The notes beneath the pieces are model-generated. The model did no database searches and was not told the origin of the DNA. It saw only the letters and a program-made list of their open reading frames with translations. Both the position numbers and the translations under genes were made by a program. A stretch of DNA of 32,000 bases from Cereibacter sphaeroides 2.4.1 (GTDB taxonomy: Bacteria; Pseudomonadota; Alphaproteobacteria; Rhodobacterales; Rhodobacteraceae), in contig NC_007493.2 in the NCBI RefSeq assembly GCF_000012905.2, forward strand, positions 2,670,001 to 2,702,000. Reading direction: 5' to 3'. Shown piece by piece: positions 8,261-17,640 of this stretch (its first letter is position 1; each line of letters opens with the position of its first letter).

Positions 8261-9214
8261 ATGAACTGGATCTCCAACTACGTCCGCCCGAAGATCAACT
8301 CGCTCTTTTCGCGCCGCGAGGTGCCGGAGAACCTCTGGACCAAGTGCCCGGAGTGCGGGACGATGCTCTTCCACCGCGAGCTGGCCGAGAACCTGAACGT
8401 CTGCTCCACCTGCGACCACCACATGAACATCAGCCCGCGGGACCGGTTCGCCGCGCTCTTCGACGGCGGGATCTTCACCGAGGTCGAGGTGCCGGTGCCG
8501 CTCGCCGACCCGCTCCAGTTCCGCGACCAGAAGCGCTATCCCGACCGGATGAAGGCGGCGCAGAAGACCACGGGCGAGAAGGAAGCCATGCTGGTCGTCG
8601 AGGGCGAGATCGCCCGGACGCAGGTGGTGGCCGCGGCCCAGGACTTCAGCTTCATGGCGGGCTCCATGGGCATGTATGTGGGCAATGCCATCATCGCCGC
8701 CGCCGAGCGCGCGGTGAAGCTCAAATGCCCGCTCATCCTGTTTGCCGCCGCCGGCGGCGCGCGGATGCAGGAGGGGATCTTGTCGCTCATGCAGATGCCG
8801 CGCACGACGGTGGCGGTGCAGATGCTGCGCGAGGCGGGCCTGCCCTACATCTGCATCCTGACCCACCCGACCACGGGCGGCGTCACCGCCTCCTATGCGA
8901 TGCTGGGCGACGTGCAGATCGCCGAGCCCAATGCGCTGATCTGCTTCGCCGGCCCCCGCGTGATCGAGCAGACGATCCGCGAGAAGCTGCCCGAGGGCTT
9001 CCAGCGCGCCGAATATCTGCTCGACCACGGGATGCTCGACCGGGTGACCCACCGCAAGGCGATGCGCGAGGAGCTGGTCACCATCATCCGGATGCTGATG
9101 AACCAGCCGCCGGCGATCAAGGGCGACCTGCCTGCGCCCGAGCCGAAGCCGGTGATCGACCTGCCGCCGCCGCCGACGCCGGAGGCGGTGGTCGACGACA
9201 AGGCCGCCGAGTGA
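8261..9214 (+). CDS. accD: Acetyl-CoA carboxylase carboxyltransferase beta subunit
   Basis: ATG 8261 gives 317 aa: MNWISNYVRPKINSLF. It has the Zn-ribbon CPECGTMLFHRELAENLNVCSTCDHH and the carboxyltransferase core (FAAAGGARMQEGILSLMQM). Confidence 0.95.
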   Translation: MNWISNYVRPKINSLFSRREVPENLWTKCPECGTMLFHRELAENLNVCSTCDHHMNISPRDRFAALFDGGIFTEVEVPVPLADPLQFRDQKRYPDRMKAAQKTTGEKEAMLVVEGEIARTQVVAAAQDFSFMAGSMGMYVGNAIIAAAERAVKLKCPLILFAAAGGARMQEGILSLMQMPRTTVAVQMLREAGLPYICILTHPTTGGVTASYAMLGDVQIAEPNALICFAGPRVIEQTIREKLPEGFQRAEYLLDHGMLDRVTHRKAMREELVTIIRMLMNQPPAIKGDLPAPEPKPVIDLPPPPTPEAVVDDKAAE

Positions 9215-10485
9215 GCCTGCCCGCCTCCGACCTCATCCTGCAGCGGATGATGTCGCTGCATCCGAAGATCATCGACCTGACGCTCGACCGGGTGCACCGG
9301 CTGCTGCAGGCCCTCGGCCATCCCGAGCGGTCGCTGCCGCCGGTGATCCATATCGCGGGCACCAACGGCAAGGGCTCGACCCAGGCGATGATCCGGGCCG
9401 GTCTCGAGGCGCAGGGGCTGAAGGTGCACGCCTATACCTCGCCCCATCTGGCCCGCTTCCACGAGCGAATCCGGCTCGCCGGCAGCCTGATCTCCGAGCC
9501 CGCGCTGGCCGCCCTCCTCGACGAATGTCTCGCGGCAAACGGTCCCGAGCCCATCACCTTCTTCGAGATCACCACCTGCGCGGCCTTCCTCGCCTTCGCG
9601 CGCACGCCCGCCGATTACACGCTCCTCGAGGTGGGCCTCGGCGGCAGGCTCGATGCCACCAACGTGGTCGAGGATCCGCGGCTCACCATCGTGACCCCGG
9701 TCTCGATCGACCATCAGCAGTATCTGGGCGAGACCCTGCCCGAGATCGCGGCCGAGAAGGCGGGCATCCTCAAGCGCCGCGTGCCCTGCGTGGTGGGCCC
9801 GCAGCAGGCCACGGCGCTCGAGGTCATCGAGGCGCGCGCGGCCCGTCTCGGCGCGCCCCTCCTCGCCCACGGCCAGCAGTGGCAGGTCTGGGAAGAGCGC
9901 GGCCGGACGGTATTCCAGGACGAGGCGGGCCTTCTCGATCTGCCGCTCCCGGTCCTGCCCGGGCCGCACCAGATCCAGAATGCCGGCGCGGCCCTGATGG
10001 CGCTGCGCCATCTCGGCGCGCCCGAGGCCGCCTGCGAGGCGGCCCTCACCCGCGCCGACTGGCCCGCCCGGATGCAGCGCCTGCGCCAAGGACCGCTTCC
10101 CCGGAGCGCGCCGGGGATCGAGCTCTGGCTCGACGGCGGCCACAACCCCGCGGGCGGCGCTGCAGTGGCGGCCACGCTGTCGCGGATGGCGCCGCGGCCC
10201 ACCCATCTCATCTGCGGGATGCTGAACACCAAGGACGTCAAGGGCTACATGCGCCCGCTCGCCCCCCATGTGACGCGCCTCCATGCGGTCTCGATCCCGG
10301 GCGAGGCCAACACGCTCCCCGCGGAGGCCACCGCCACCGCCGCCCGCGCCGCAGGCATCGCAGCCTGCACGGCGCCCTCAGTCGCCGACGCCCTCGCGTC
10401 CATCGCCGCCGAAAACCCCGCCGCCCGCGTGCTGATCTGCGGCTCGCTCTATCTCGCCGGCGCGATCCTGCGCGAGAACGGCTGA
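9211..10485 (+). CDS. folC: Bifunctional folylpolyglutamate synthase / dihydrofolate synthase
   Basis: In frame within track ORF 8152-10485. The start is GTG 9211 (GTGA overlap with the accD stop) or alternatively ATG 9247. It has the Mur-ligase P-loop HIAGTNGKGST and the conserved accD-folC order. Confidence 0.9.
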   Translation: MSLPASDLILQRMMSLHPKIIDLTLDRVHRLLQALGHPERSLPPVIHIAGTNGKGSTQAMIRAGLEAQGLKVHAYTSPHLARFHERIRLAGSLISEPALAALLDECLAANGPEPITFFEITTCAAFLAFARTPADYTLLEVGLGGRLDATNVVEDPRLTIVTPVSIDHQQYLGETLPEIAAEKAGILKRRVPCVVGPQQATALEVIEARAARLGAPLLAHGQQWQVWEERGRTVFQDEAGLLDLPLPVLPGPHQIQNAGAALMALRHLGAPEAACEAALTRADWPARMQRLRQGPLPRSAPGIELWLDGGHNPAGGAAVAATLSRMAPRPTHLICGMLNTKDVKGYMRPLAPHVTRLHAVSIPGEANTLPAEATATAARAAGIAACTAPSVADALASIAAENPAARVLICGSLYLAGAILRENG

Positions 10486-10530
10486 CCCTGCGCCGATCTG
10501 CGGCGCAGCCTGCACGAGACGGTCCGACCC

Positions 10531-10606
10531 GCTTTCACTCTGCCCAAATATCCCGCGGGGGAGTCGCTCCGCCCGCAGGGCGGGGCGGCGGGGGCGCGAA
10601 GCCCCC
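10531..10606 (+). repeat. REP-like intergenic repeat, copy 1 (conserved 30-nt head plus two GC hairpins)
   Basis: The head GCTTTCACTCTGCCCAAATATCCCGCGGGG matches copy 2 (26150-26179) at about 27 of 30 positions. It is followed by hairpins CCGCCC-gca-GGGCGG (10569-10583) and GGGGGC-gcgaa-GCCCCC (10590-10606), then TCTTCT. It lies between the convergent folC and rppH genes. Confidence 0.6.
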
Positions 10607-10619
10607 TCTTCTCCGGCGA

Positions 10620-11108
10620 TCAGGCAAGATGCGGCCGGAAGGTCGCCACCACCTCTTCATAGACCGCGCGCTTGAAGGGCACGATCGCCGCGACCATCTC
10701 CTCGGCCCCGATCCAGCGCCAGCAGGAAAACTCGGCATGATCCGTGCCGATCCCCACCTCTTCATCGGTCCCGAGATAGCGGTAGAGGAACCATTTCTGT
10801 CTCTGGCCGCGATACTTGCCGCCCCAGACCCTGCCCAGCAGCTCGGGCGGCAGGTCGTAGGTCACCCAGTCCGGCGCCTTGGCCACGAACTCCACCCGCT
10901 CGGCCGGAATGCCGGTCTCTTCCCACAGCTCGCGCAGCGCGGCCTCGCGGGGCTTCTCGCCCTCGTCGATCCCGCCCTGCGGCATCTGCCAGGCGGGCAC
11001 CGGACTGTCGATCCGCTGCCCGGCGAAGATCAGACCCTCGCGGTTGATGAGCACGATGCCCACGCAGGGGCGGTAGGGCAGCGTCAGGGGATCGATCGTG
11101 CGCTCCAT
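10620..11108 (-). CDS. rppH: RNA pyrophosphohydrolase (Nudix)
   Basis: 162 aa with the Nudix box [23 protein letters not shown]. The N-terminal [16 protein letters not shown] is typical of RppH/NudH. Confidence 0.9.
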   Translation of the reverse strand: MERTIDPLTLPYRPCVGIVLINREGLIFAGQRIDSPVPAWQMPQGGIDEGEKPREAALRELWEETGIPAERVEFVAKAPDWVTYDLPPELLGRVWGGKYRGQRQKWFLYRYLGTDEEVGIGTDHAEFSCWRWIGAEEMVAAIVPFKRAVYEEVVATFRPHLA

Positions 11109-11115
11109 GGCCGCC

Positions 11116-12462
11116 TCAGGGCTTCACTTCGATGGCCGAGAGGCCCTTGAGGATGTCCACCGCATAGGCGAGCTGGTAATCCTCGTCGCGCAGTTTCGCG
11201 GATTCCTCGGCCCGGGCGCGGTCGGCTTCCAGCTGCTTCTTCTCGTCCTCGGTCATCGAATCGTTCGACAGGACGCCGCGCAGGTCGGCCTCCGACCGGT
11301 TGCGGGCGGCGCTCGTCGCGGGGCTCTCCTCCTCCTCGGGGACGGCGGGCTTCGCGGGCGGCTGGTTCACCACGATGTCGGGCGCCACGCCGAGCGCCTG
11401 GATCGAGCGGCCCGAGGGCGTGTAGTAGCGCGCCGTGGTCAGCCGCATGGCCCCCTCGCCCCGCAGCGGGATCACGGTCTGGACCGATCCCTTGCCAAAG
11501 CTCTTGGTGCCCACGACGATGGCGCGGCGATGGTCCTGCAGCGCGCCCGCCACGATCTCCGAGGCCGAGGCCGACCCGCCGTTGATGAGCACGACCATGG
11601 GCTTGCCGTCGATCAGATCGCCCGGCGTCGCGTTGAACCGCTCGCCGTCGCCCGCGGCGCGGCCGCGCGTCGAGACGATCTCGCCCTTGTCGAGGAAGGC
11701 GTCCGAGACCTGGATCGCCTGGGTCAGGAGCCCGCCGGGGTTGTTGCGCAGGTCGAGCACCACGCCGTTGATCTTGTCCTCGCCGCCGAGCGCCTTGATC
11801 TCCTTCTCGAGACCCTCCTTCAGGCCCGAGAAGGTCTGGTCGTTGAAGGTGGTCAGCCGCACGACGACCGTGTTGCCCACCACGCGGCTGCGGGCGGCCA
11901 CGAGCTTGATCGTGTCGCGGACGATCGAGACGTCGAAGGGCTCGGGGGTGCCTTCGCGCACCACCGTGATGAGGATCTCGGAGCCGACCGGCCCGCGCAT
12001 CATGTCCACCGCCTGATCGAGCGTCAGGCCCAGAACGGATTCGCCGTTCACATGGGTGATGAAGTCGCCGGACTGGATGCCGGCCGCGTCCGCGGGGGTG
12101 CCGTCCATCGGCGACACGACCTTGACGAAGCCCTCCTCCTGCGTGACCTCGATGCCGAGGCCGCCGAACTCGCCGCGGGTCTGCACCTGCATGTCGTCGA
12201 AATCGTCGGGCGGCAGGTAGCTCGAATGCGGATCGAGCGAGGTCAGCATCCCGTTGATCGCGGCCTCGATCAGCTTGTCGGTCTCCACTTCCTCGACATA
12301 TTGCGCGCGGATGCGCTCGAAGATGTCGCCGAACAGGTCGAGCTGCTCGTAGACCGATTTCGACCGCTGCTGCTCCTGCGCGATGAGGGGCCCCGCCACC
12401 TGGGTCGCCAGCAGGACGCCGGCCACCGTGCCGCCGAGCGCGGCCATCATGTATTTCCTCAT
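11116..12462 (-). CDS. ctpA: Carboxy-terminal processing (S41) protease
   Basis: 448 aa. It has a signal/anchor, a PDZ region ([36 protein letters not shown]) and an S41 core ([20 protein letters not shown]; [12 protein letters not shown]). Confidence 0.92.
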   Translation of the reverse strand: MRKYMMAALGGTVAGVLLATQVAGPLIAQEQQRSKSVYEQLDLFGDIFERIRAQYVEEVETDKLIEAAINGMLTSLDPHSSYLPPDDFDDMQVQTRGEFGGLGIEVTQEEGFVKVVSPMDGTPADAAGIQSGDFITHVNGESVLGLTLDQAVDMMRGPVGSEILITVVREGTPEPFDVSIVRDTIKLVAARSRVVGNTVVVRLTTFNDQTFSGLKEGLEKEIKALGGEDKINGVVLDLRNNPGGLLTQAIQVSDAFLDKGEIVSTRGRAAGDGERFNATPGDLIDGKPMVVLINGGSASASEIVAGALQDHRRAIVVGTKSFGKGSVQTVIPLRGEGAMRLTTARYYTPSGRSIQALGVAPDIVVNQPPAKPAVPEEEESPATSAARNRSEADLRGVLSNDSMTEDEKKQLEADRARAEESAKLRDEDYQLAYAVDILKGLSAIEVKP

Positions 12463-12469
12463 GGCGGTC

Positions 12470-13582
12470 CTATTCCCCGTTTGCCTCGAACCAGTCCGCC
12501 GGATCGACCGGCTCGGCTCCTTGCCTCAATTCCAAGTAAAGCGTTTCCGTATCCCGAGCGCCAGCGCCCTCTCCGCCTGAGGCCGCAGGACCGGCAGGGC
12601 GCGGCTCGCCCCCCATCAGCCCGAGCGGTGCGCCGGCGGCGACCACCTCTCCCGTCTCACCATAGACGGTGCCCAGACCCGCCAACACCAGCAGATAGCC
12701 GGCGCCGGGCTCGAGGATCATCACATTTCCGTAGTCGAGAAGCGGCCCGCGGTAGCGGATCGTGGCGGGCCAGGGCGCGGTCACCAGCGCCTGCGGCCGG
12801 GCCGCGATCAGGATGCCCGGCCGGCGCACGCCCGCCGCATCCGCCTCGTTCGCCCGCCGGAGGATCGTGCCCAGCACCGGCAGCGGCAGCCGCCCGCGCG
12901 CCGCCTCGAAATCGCGCGCCGCGGCGTCGGGATCGCCGGTGGCCAGCCCGCCCGCGAAGGCGTCGAGCGTGTCGGCGCTTTCCAAAAGCCCCTTCAGCAC
13001 CGCCGGGTCGTCGGTGAAGCGCGTGGGCAGGTCCACCCGGTCGCCGATGGCCTGGCTCAGCGCCGTCCGGGCCTCCTGCGCCGCGGCCAGCCCTTCGGCC
13101 AGCGTCCTGCCCGCGGCGGTCTGCAACTCGCGCAAGTCGCGCATCTCGCTCACCTGCTGGCGGAGCGACTCGGCCTGCGCCAGAAGCGCGGGCGTCACAT
13201 CCGACAGGATCATGCCTGAGCGCGCTGTGCCGAGCGGCCCCGCAGGATGCATCAGAAGGAGCGGCCCCGGCCGTGCATCCATCCGCGCGAGCACGCCCAG
13301 CAGCTGCGCGATCTCGTCCCGTTTGGCCTCGAGCAGCATCTCGAGCACCGACTCGCGGATCGCCGCCTGCCGCAGGTTCTCGCGCAGCGCGGCGAGCCCG
13401 CGCTCGTAGGCGCGGATCGTGGTCGTCAGCGCCGAGACCCGGTCGCGCGCACCCTTGGCCTCTTGCAGCGCCGTCACCGCCGCCTGCAGGTCGCGCGCCG
13501 CCTGCGCTGCCTCCTGCGCCACGGTCACGGCCGCGGCCGGCGTGGCGAGAAGGCCCAGCGCAAGGACGAGCGCGCGGATCAT
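12470..13582 (-). CDS. EnvC-like murein hydrolase activator (degenerate M23/LytM domain)
   Basis: 370 aa with a signal peptide and a long coiled-coil-like Ala/Leu/Arg/Gln region. The C-terminal LytM-like domain (GILIAARPQALVTAPWPATIRYRGPLLDYGNVMILEPGAGYLLVLAGL) has no obvious metal-binding His residues, as in EnvC-type activators. ATGA overlap with gpmI. Confidence 0.8.
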   Translation of the reverse strand: MIRALVLALGLLATPAAAVTVAQEAAQAARDLQAAVTALQEAKGARDRVSALTTTIRAYERGLAALRENLRQAAIRESVLEMLLEAKRDEIAQLLGVLARMDARPGPLLLMHPAGPLGTARSGMILSDVTPALLAQAESLRQQVSEMRDLRELQTAAGRTLAEGLAAAQEARTALSQAIGDRVDLPTRFTDDPAVLKGLLESADTLDAFAGGLATGDPDAAARDFEAARGRLPLPVLGTILRRANEADAAGVRRPGILIAARPQALVTAPWPATIRYRGPLLDYGNVMILEPGAGYLLVLAGLGTVYGETGEVVAAGAPLGLMGGEPRPAGPAASGGEGAGARDTETLYLELRQGAEPVDPADWFEANGE

Positions 13583-15099
13583 GCGTCGATCAGGCTCCGC
13601 CCGGTCATCTCCTCGGGCTGAGGCAGCTGCATGAGTTGCAGCAGCGTCGGCGCGAGATCGGCGAGACGGCCCGCATGGAGGCGCGCACCCGCAGGCCCGT
13701 TCACGAGGATCACCGGCACCGGGTTCGTGGTGTGCGCCGTGTGCGGGCCGCCGGTTTCGGGATCGACCATCGTCTCGCAGTTGCCGTGATCGGCCGTCAC
13801 GATCATGGCCCCGCCCGCCTTCGTCACCGCCTCGACCGCCCGGCCGAGCCCGCGGTCCACCTCTTCGACGGCGGCCATGGCGGCCTTCAGATCGCCCGTG
13901 TGGCCCACCATGTCGGGGTTGGCGTAGTTCACCACGATCAGGTCATAGCCCGCGCCGATGGCCTCGACGAGATGGTCGCTCACGTCGGGGGCGGACATCT
14001 CCGGTTGGAGGTCGTAGGTCGCGACCTTGGGCGAATTGGCCATGTAGCGATCCTCGCCCGTCTCCGGCGCCTCGCGGCCGCCGTTCAGGAAGAAGGTGAC
14101 ATGGGGATATTTCTCGGTTTCCGCGATGCGGAACTGCCGCAGCCCATGGCTCGCCACCCATTCGCCCAGCGTGTTGCGGATCACGGGCTTGGGATAGGCC
14201 GTGGTCATGAAGCGGTCATGCTCCTTGGAATAGTCGACCATCCCGAGGAAGGCCGACCAGTCCGGCCGCGCGCCCGTGTCATAGGCGTCGAAGCCCGGCT
14301 GGGCGAGACCGGCGAGGATCTCGCGCGCCCGGTCGGCGCGGAAGTTGAGGCAGAAGAAGCCGTCGCCGTCGCGGGCGCCTGCATAGTCGCCGACCACGGT
14401 CGGCGCGATGAATTCGTCGGTCTCGCCCCGCGCCAGTGCGGCCGCCACCGCGGCCTCGGCGTCGGGCGCGTGCTCGCCCGTGGCATGGAGCATCGCGTCG
14501 GAGGCGCGCTTCACCCGGTCCCACCGCTTGTCGCGGTCCATCGCCCAGTAGCGGCCGATGACCGTGCCGATACGGGCGCCCTCGGGCAGCACCCGCACGA
14601 GCTGGCCCACGAACTCGCCCGCCGAGGTGGGGGCCACGTCGCGCCCGTCGGTGATCGCATGGATTACGACCGGAATGCCCTCGCCCGCCAGAACCTCGAC
14701 CGCGCTGATGAGATGCTGGATATGCCCGTGCACGCCGCCGTCCGAGACGACGCCCATCAGATGCGCCGTGCCGCTTTTGGCCTTCACCTTCCCGATGAAG
14801 TCGCGCAGCGCCGGGTTTTGCGGAAACGACCCCTCCTCGATGGCAAGGTCGATGGCGCCAAGGTCCATCGCCACCACGCGGCCCGCGCCGATGTTGGTGT
14901 GCCCGACCTCGGAATTGCCCATCTGGCCCCGCGGCAGTCCCACATCCGGGCCGTGGGTGACGAGGGTCGCGTTCGGGCAGGTCGCCATCAGCCGGTCGAA
15001 GGTCGGGGTTTCGGCCAGCGCCACGGCATTCGCCTCGCGCTCGGCACGAAGCCCCCAGCCGTCGAGGATGCAGAGGACGACGGGTTTCGGTGCGGTCAT
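13579..15099 (-). CDS. gpmI: 2,3-bisphosphoglycerate-independent phosphoglycerate mutase
   Basis: 506 aa with LCILDGWG, MGNSEVGHTNIGAGR and TADHGNCE blocks typical of iPGM. Confidence 0.95.
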   Translation of the reverse strand: MTAPKPVVLCILDGWGLRAEREANAVALAETPTFDRLMATCPNATLVTHGPDVGLPRGQMGNSEVGHTNIGAGRVVAMDLGAIDLAIEEGSFPQNPALRDFIGKVKAKSGTAHLMGVVSDGGVHGHIQHLISAVEVLAGEGIPVVIHAITDGRDVAPTSAGEFVGQLVRVLPEGARIGTVIGRYWAMDRDKRWDRVKRASDAMLHATGEHAPDAEAAVAAALARGETDEFIAPTVVGDYAGARDGDGFFCLNFRADRAREILAGLAQPGFDAYDTGARPDWSAFLGMVDYSKEHDRFMTTAYPKPVIRNTLGEWVASHGLRQFRIAETEKYPHVTFFLNGGREAPETGEDRYMANSPKVATYDLQPEMSAPDVSDHLVEAIGAGYDLIVVNYANPDMVGHTGDLKAAMAAVEEVDRGLGRAVEAVTKAGGAMIVTADHGNCETMVDPETGGPHTAHTTNPVPVILVNGPAGARLHAGRLADLAPTLLQLMQLPQPEEMTGRSLIDA

Positions 15100-15129
15100 G
15101 GAAGGGCCTTTCGCTGGAATGGCCGGGTT

Positions 15130-16407
15130 TTACGCCGCGAGATCGGCCTCGGCAACCGTGGCGGTCAGGCGCCCCTCCGCATGACCCGTGACGGTGGCGG
15201 ACAGGATCCGCCCCTCGGGCTGGTCGGCGGCGAAGGCCACTTCGGTGAACTGTTCGGTGCGGCCTAGGCGCGGGCCCTCCATCAGCACCCGGTGCGTCCG
15301 GCCCCGCTCGCCCTCGAGATGGGCCAGAAGCCGCGCCTCACCCAAGGCCCGCAGCTGCGCCGCCCGCTCGCGGATTACCGGCCCCGCCAGCTGCGGCATC
15401 CGCGCGGCGGGCGTGCCCTGACGCGGCGAGAAGGGAAAGACATGCAGAAAGGTCAGCCCGCATTCCTCGACCAGCTTCAGCGAATTGGCGAAGGCCGCCT
15501 CGGTCTCGGTCGGGAAGCCCGCGATGATGTCGGCGCCGAAGACGATGTCGGGCCGCAGCCGCCGTGCCTCCTCGCAGAAGCGGATCGCATCGTCGCGCAG
15601 GTGGCGGCGCTTCATCCGCTTCAGGATCAGGTCGTCGCCGTGCTGGAGGCTGAGATGCAGATGCGGCATCAGCCGTGCCTCGGTGGCGATGGCCCCCATC
15701 AGCGCTTCGTCCGCCTCGATCGAGTCGATCGAGGAGATCCGCAGCCGCGCGAGGTCCGGCACGAGCCGCAGGATCCGCATCACCAGATCGCCGAGACGCG
15801 GGGCGGCAGGCAGATCCGCCCCCCAGGAGGTGAGGTCCACGCCTGTCAGCACCACCTCGGCAAAGCCGCGGTCCACGAGCCGCCGGATCTGCTCGACCAC
15901 CACGCCCGCCGGAACCGAGCGAGAATTGCCGCGCCCGTAGGGGATGATGCAGAAGGTGCAGCGGTGGTCGCAGCCGTTCTGCACCTGCACATAGGCGCGG
16001 TGGCGGCCGAAGCCGTCGATCAGATGGCCCGCCGTCTCGCGCACGGACAAAATGTCGTCCACCTGCACACGCTCGGTCTCGCCGATCAGGTCGGGCGCCA
16101 TCGCGGCCCAGGTGGCGGGCTGCATCTTCTCGGTATTGCCGATCACCCGGTCGACCTCGGGCATGGCCGAGAAGGTCGCAGGCTCGGTCTGCGCCGCGCA
16201 GCCGGTGACGATGATCGTGGCTTGCGGGTTCTCGCGGCGCAGGCGGCGGATCTCCTGCTTGGCCTTGCGCACCGCCTCGGCCGTGACAGCGCAGGTGTTG
16301 ACCACCACCGCATTGTCGACACCCGCCGCGGTGGCGAGCTCCTTCATGGCCTCGGTCTCGTAGGCATTGAGCCGGCAGCCGAGGGTGGAGAAGACCGGCG
16401 CACTCAT
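15130..16407 (-). CDS. mtaB: MiaB-like tRNA methylthiotransferase (MtaB type)
   Basis: ATG at 16407 inside track ORF 15130-17049 gives 425 aa starting [19 protein letters not shown]. It has the radical-SAM motif [15 protein letters not shown] and a C-terminal TRAM-like region. ATGA overlap with the dapF stop. Confidence 0.9.
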
Positions 16408-17243
16408 GCCAGCGCCATCATCTCGGGTGAGAGGTGCCCCTCGAACACCCGCGCGACCGGCCCCGAGAGCCAGACGCCCTCGTCGCGCCAGTCCACTTCC
16501 AGCACGCCCCCGTCCATCTCGAGCCGCACCTGCCGCCCCGTCAGGCCGCGCCGGGCCGCCGCCACCGCCGTGGCGCAGGCGCCCGAGCCGCAGGCGAGCG
16601 TGATGCCCGCCCCGCGCTCCCAGACGCGCAGCCGCAGCCGGTCCGGGCCGATCAGGCTCGCGAACTCCACATTGGTGCGCTCGGGAAACAGCGGATCGGT
16701 CTCGACCGCCGCCCCCCGCCCTGCCAGATCGACCGCCTCGGCATCCTCGACGAAGTAGATGCAATGCGGATTGCCCATGCCCACCGCCGAGGGCGTGCCC
16801 TCGAGCGGCAGGCTGTCGGTCTCCATCGCGCGGGCGAGCGGGATCTCGGACCACAGGAGCTGCGGCGCGCCCATGTTCACCGCGACGAGCCCGTCCTCGC
16901 GCCGCCGCGCGTGCAGGCGGCCGCGCGCGGTGACGAGATTCACCTCGTCCCGGCCCAGATCCCGCATCAGGTAGTCGCTGACGCAGCGCGTGGCATTGCC
17001 GCAGGTGCCCGAGCGCGAGCCGTCCGAGTTCCAGAAGTCGAGCGCGCAATCCGCCCCCTCCTGATCGCGGATCTCGGCCAGCTGGTCGAAGCCCACGCCG
17101 CGGTGTCGGTCGCCCAGCGCCCGCGCGAGGCCGGCCGTCACCAGCGCCCCGCCGCGTCCGCGCGAGTCGATCACCACGAAATCATTGCCCGCCCCATGCA
17201 TCTTCATGAAGCCGAGGCCCGAGGAAGCGCCCATGTCCATCAT
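16404..17243 (-). CDS. dapF: Diaminopimelate epimerase
   Basis: Start taken at ATG 17243 ([26 protein letters not shown]); nearby ATGs at 17240 and 17234 are also possible. The catalytic Cys contexts GTCGNATRC and LACGSGACA are present. Confidence 0.92.
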
Positions 17244-17386
17244 GGCGCACCCTATACGCCCGTCAGGATCTTTTTGCCAGAGCAGGCGATCTTTCTGCAC
17301 ATTTGGCCCTTGACCCCCCGCAGCCGGTTGCGTAGAGAGCGGCGCAGTCGAGATCGACGGTCGCAACCGCGATTTCGACATGGTGA

Positions 17387-17461
17387 GGGCGGGTAGCTCA
17401 GTGGTAGAGCAGCTGACTTTTAATCAGCTGGTCGTGGGTTCGATACCCACCCCGCTCACCA
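17387..17461 (+). tRNA. tRNA-Lys (anticodon UUU)
   Basis: Hand-folded cloverleaf. The acceptor GGGCGGG pairs with CCCGCTC (one G-U). D arm is GCTC/GAGC. Anticodon stem is GCTGA/TCAGC with loop CTTTTAA. T arm is GTGGG-TTCGATA-CCCAC. Discriminator A and an encoded CCA follow. 75 nt. Confidence 0.95.
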
Positions 17462-17480
17462 TTTTCCCTGACAGGCAGGA
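17462..17480 (+). repeat. 19-nt direct repeat, copy A (TTTTCCCTGACAGGCAGGA)
   Basis: It starts at the first base after the tRNA-Lys CCA end. It matches 29608-29626 (TTTTCCGTGACAGGCAGGT) at 17 of 19 positions, in the same orientation. Confidence 0.6.
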
Positions 17481-17564
17481 CGGAGGAAACGTGGACTGCG
17501 GTCCATGGCGCCGCCTGTCGACCGGCCGACCCTGACCGTTTCCCCCAAGCTCTGCCGAGGCTTA

Positions 17565-17590
17565 GGAACCCCGCCTCTGCCGGGCGCGTT
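17565..17590 (+). promoter_or_regulatory. ECF-sigma (EcfG/general-stress type) promoter motif upstream of the TreS-like gene
   Basis: GGAAC (17565-17569), a 17-nt spacer, then CGTT (17587-17590). This is an exact match to the GGAAC-N16/17-CGTT consensus known for alphaproteobacterial EcfG-type sigma factors. It lies 51 nt upstream of ATG 17641. The site is also a dyad (GGAAC-N18-GTTCC). Confidence 0.5.
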
Positions 17591-17640
17591 CCCTTGCGTG
17601 ATCTAGGGAGGTGAACGATGCGGATCTGGGCAGGCTGAGG

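Noticed and set aside
11098-15267. Long plus-strand ORFs 11098-13017 (639 aa) and 13273-15267 (664 aa)
   Set aside because: They are antisense shadows of ctpA, the EnvC-like gene and gpmI. Their composition is low-complexity Arg/Gly/Ala/His and no start context is present.
17310-17338. Sigma-70-like promoter for tRNA-Lys (TTGACC-N17-TAGAGA)
   Set aside because: The spacing is right and it lies ~50 nt upstream of the tRNA, but the -10 is poor. Such matches are easy to find by eye, so I did not list it as a feature.
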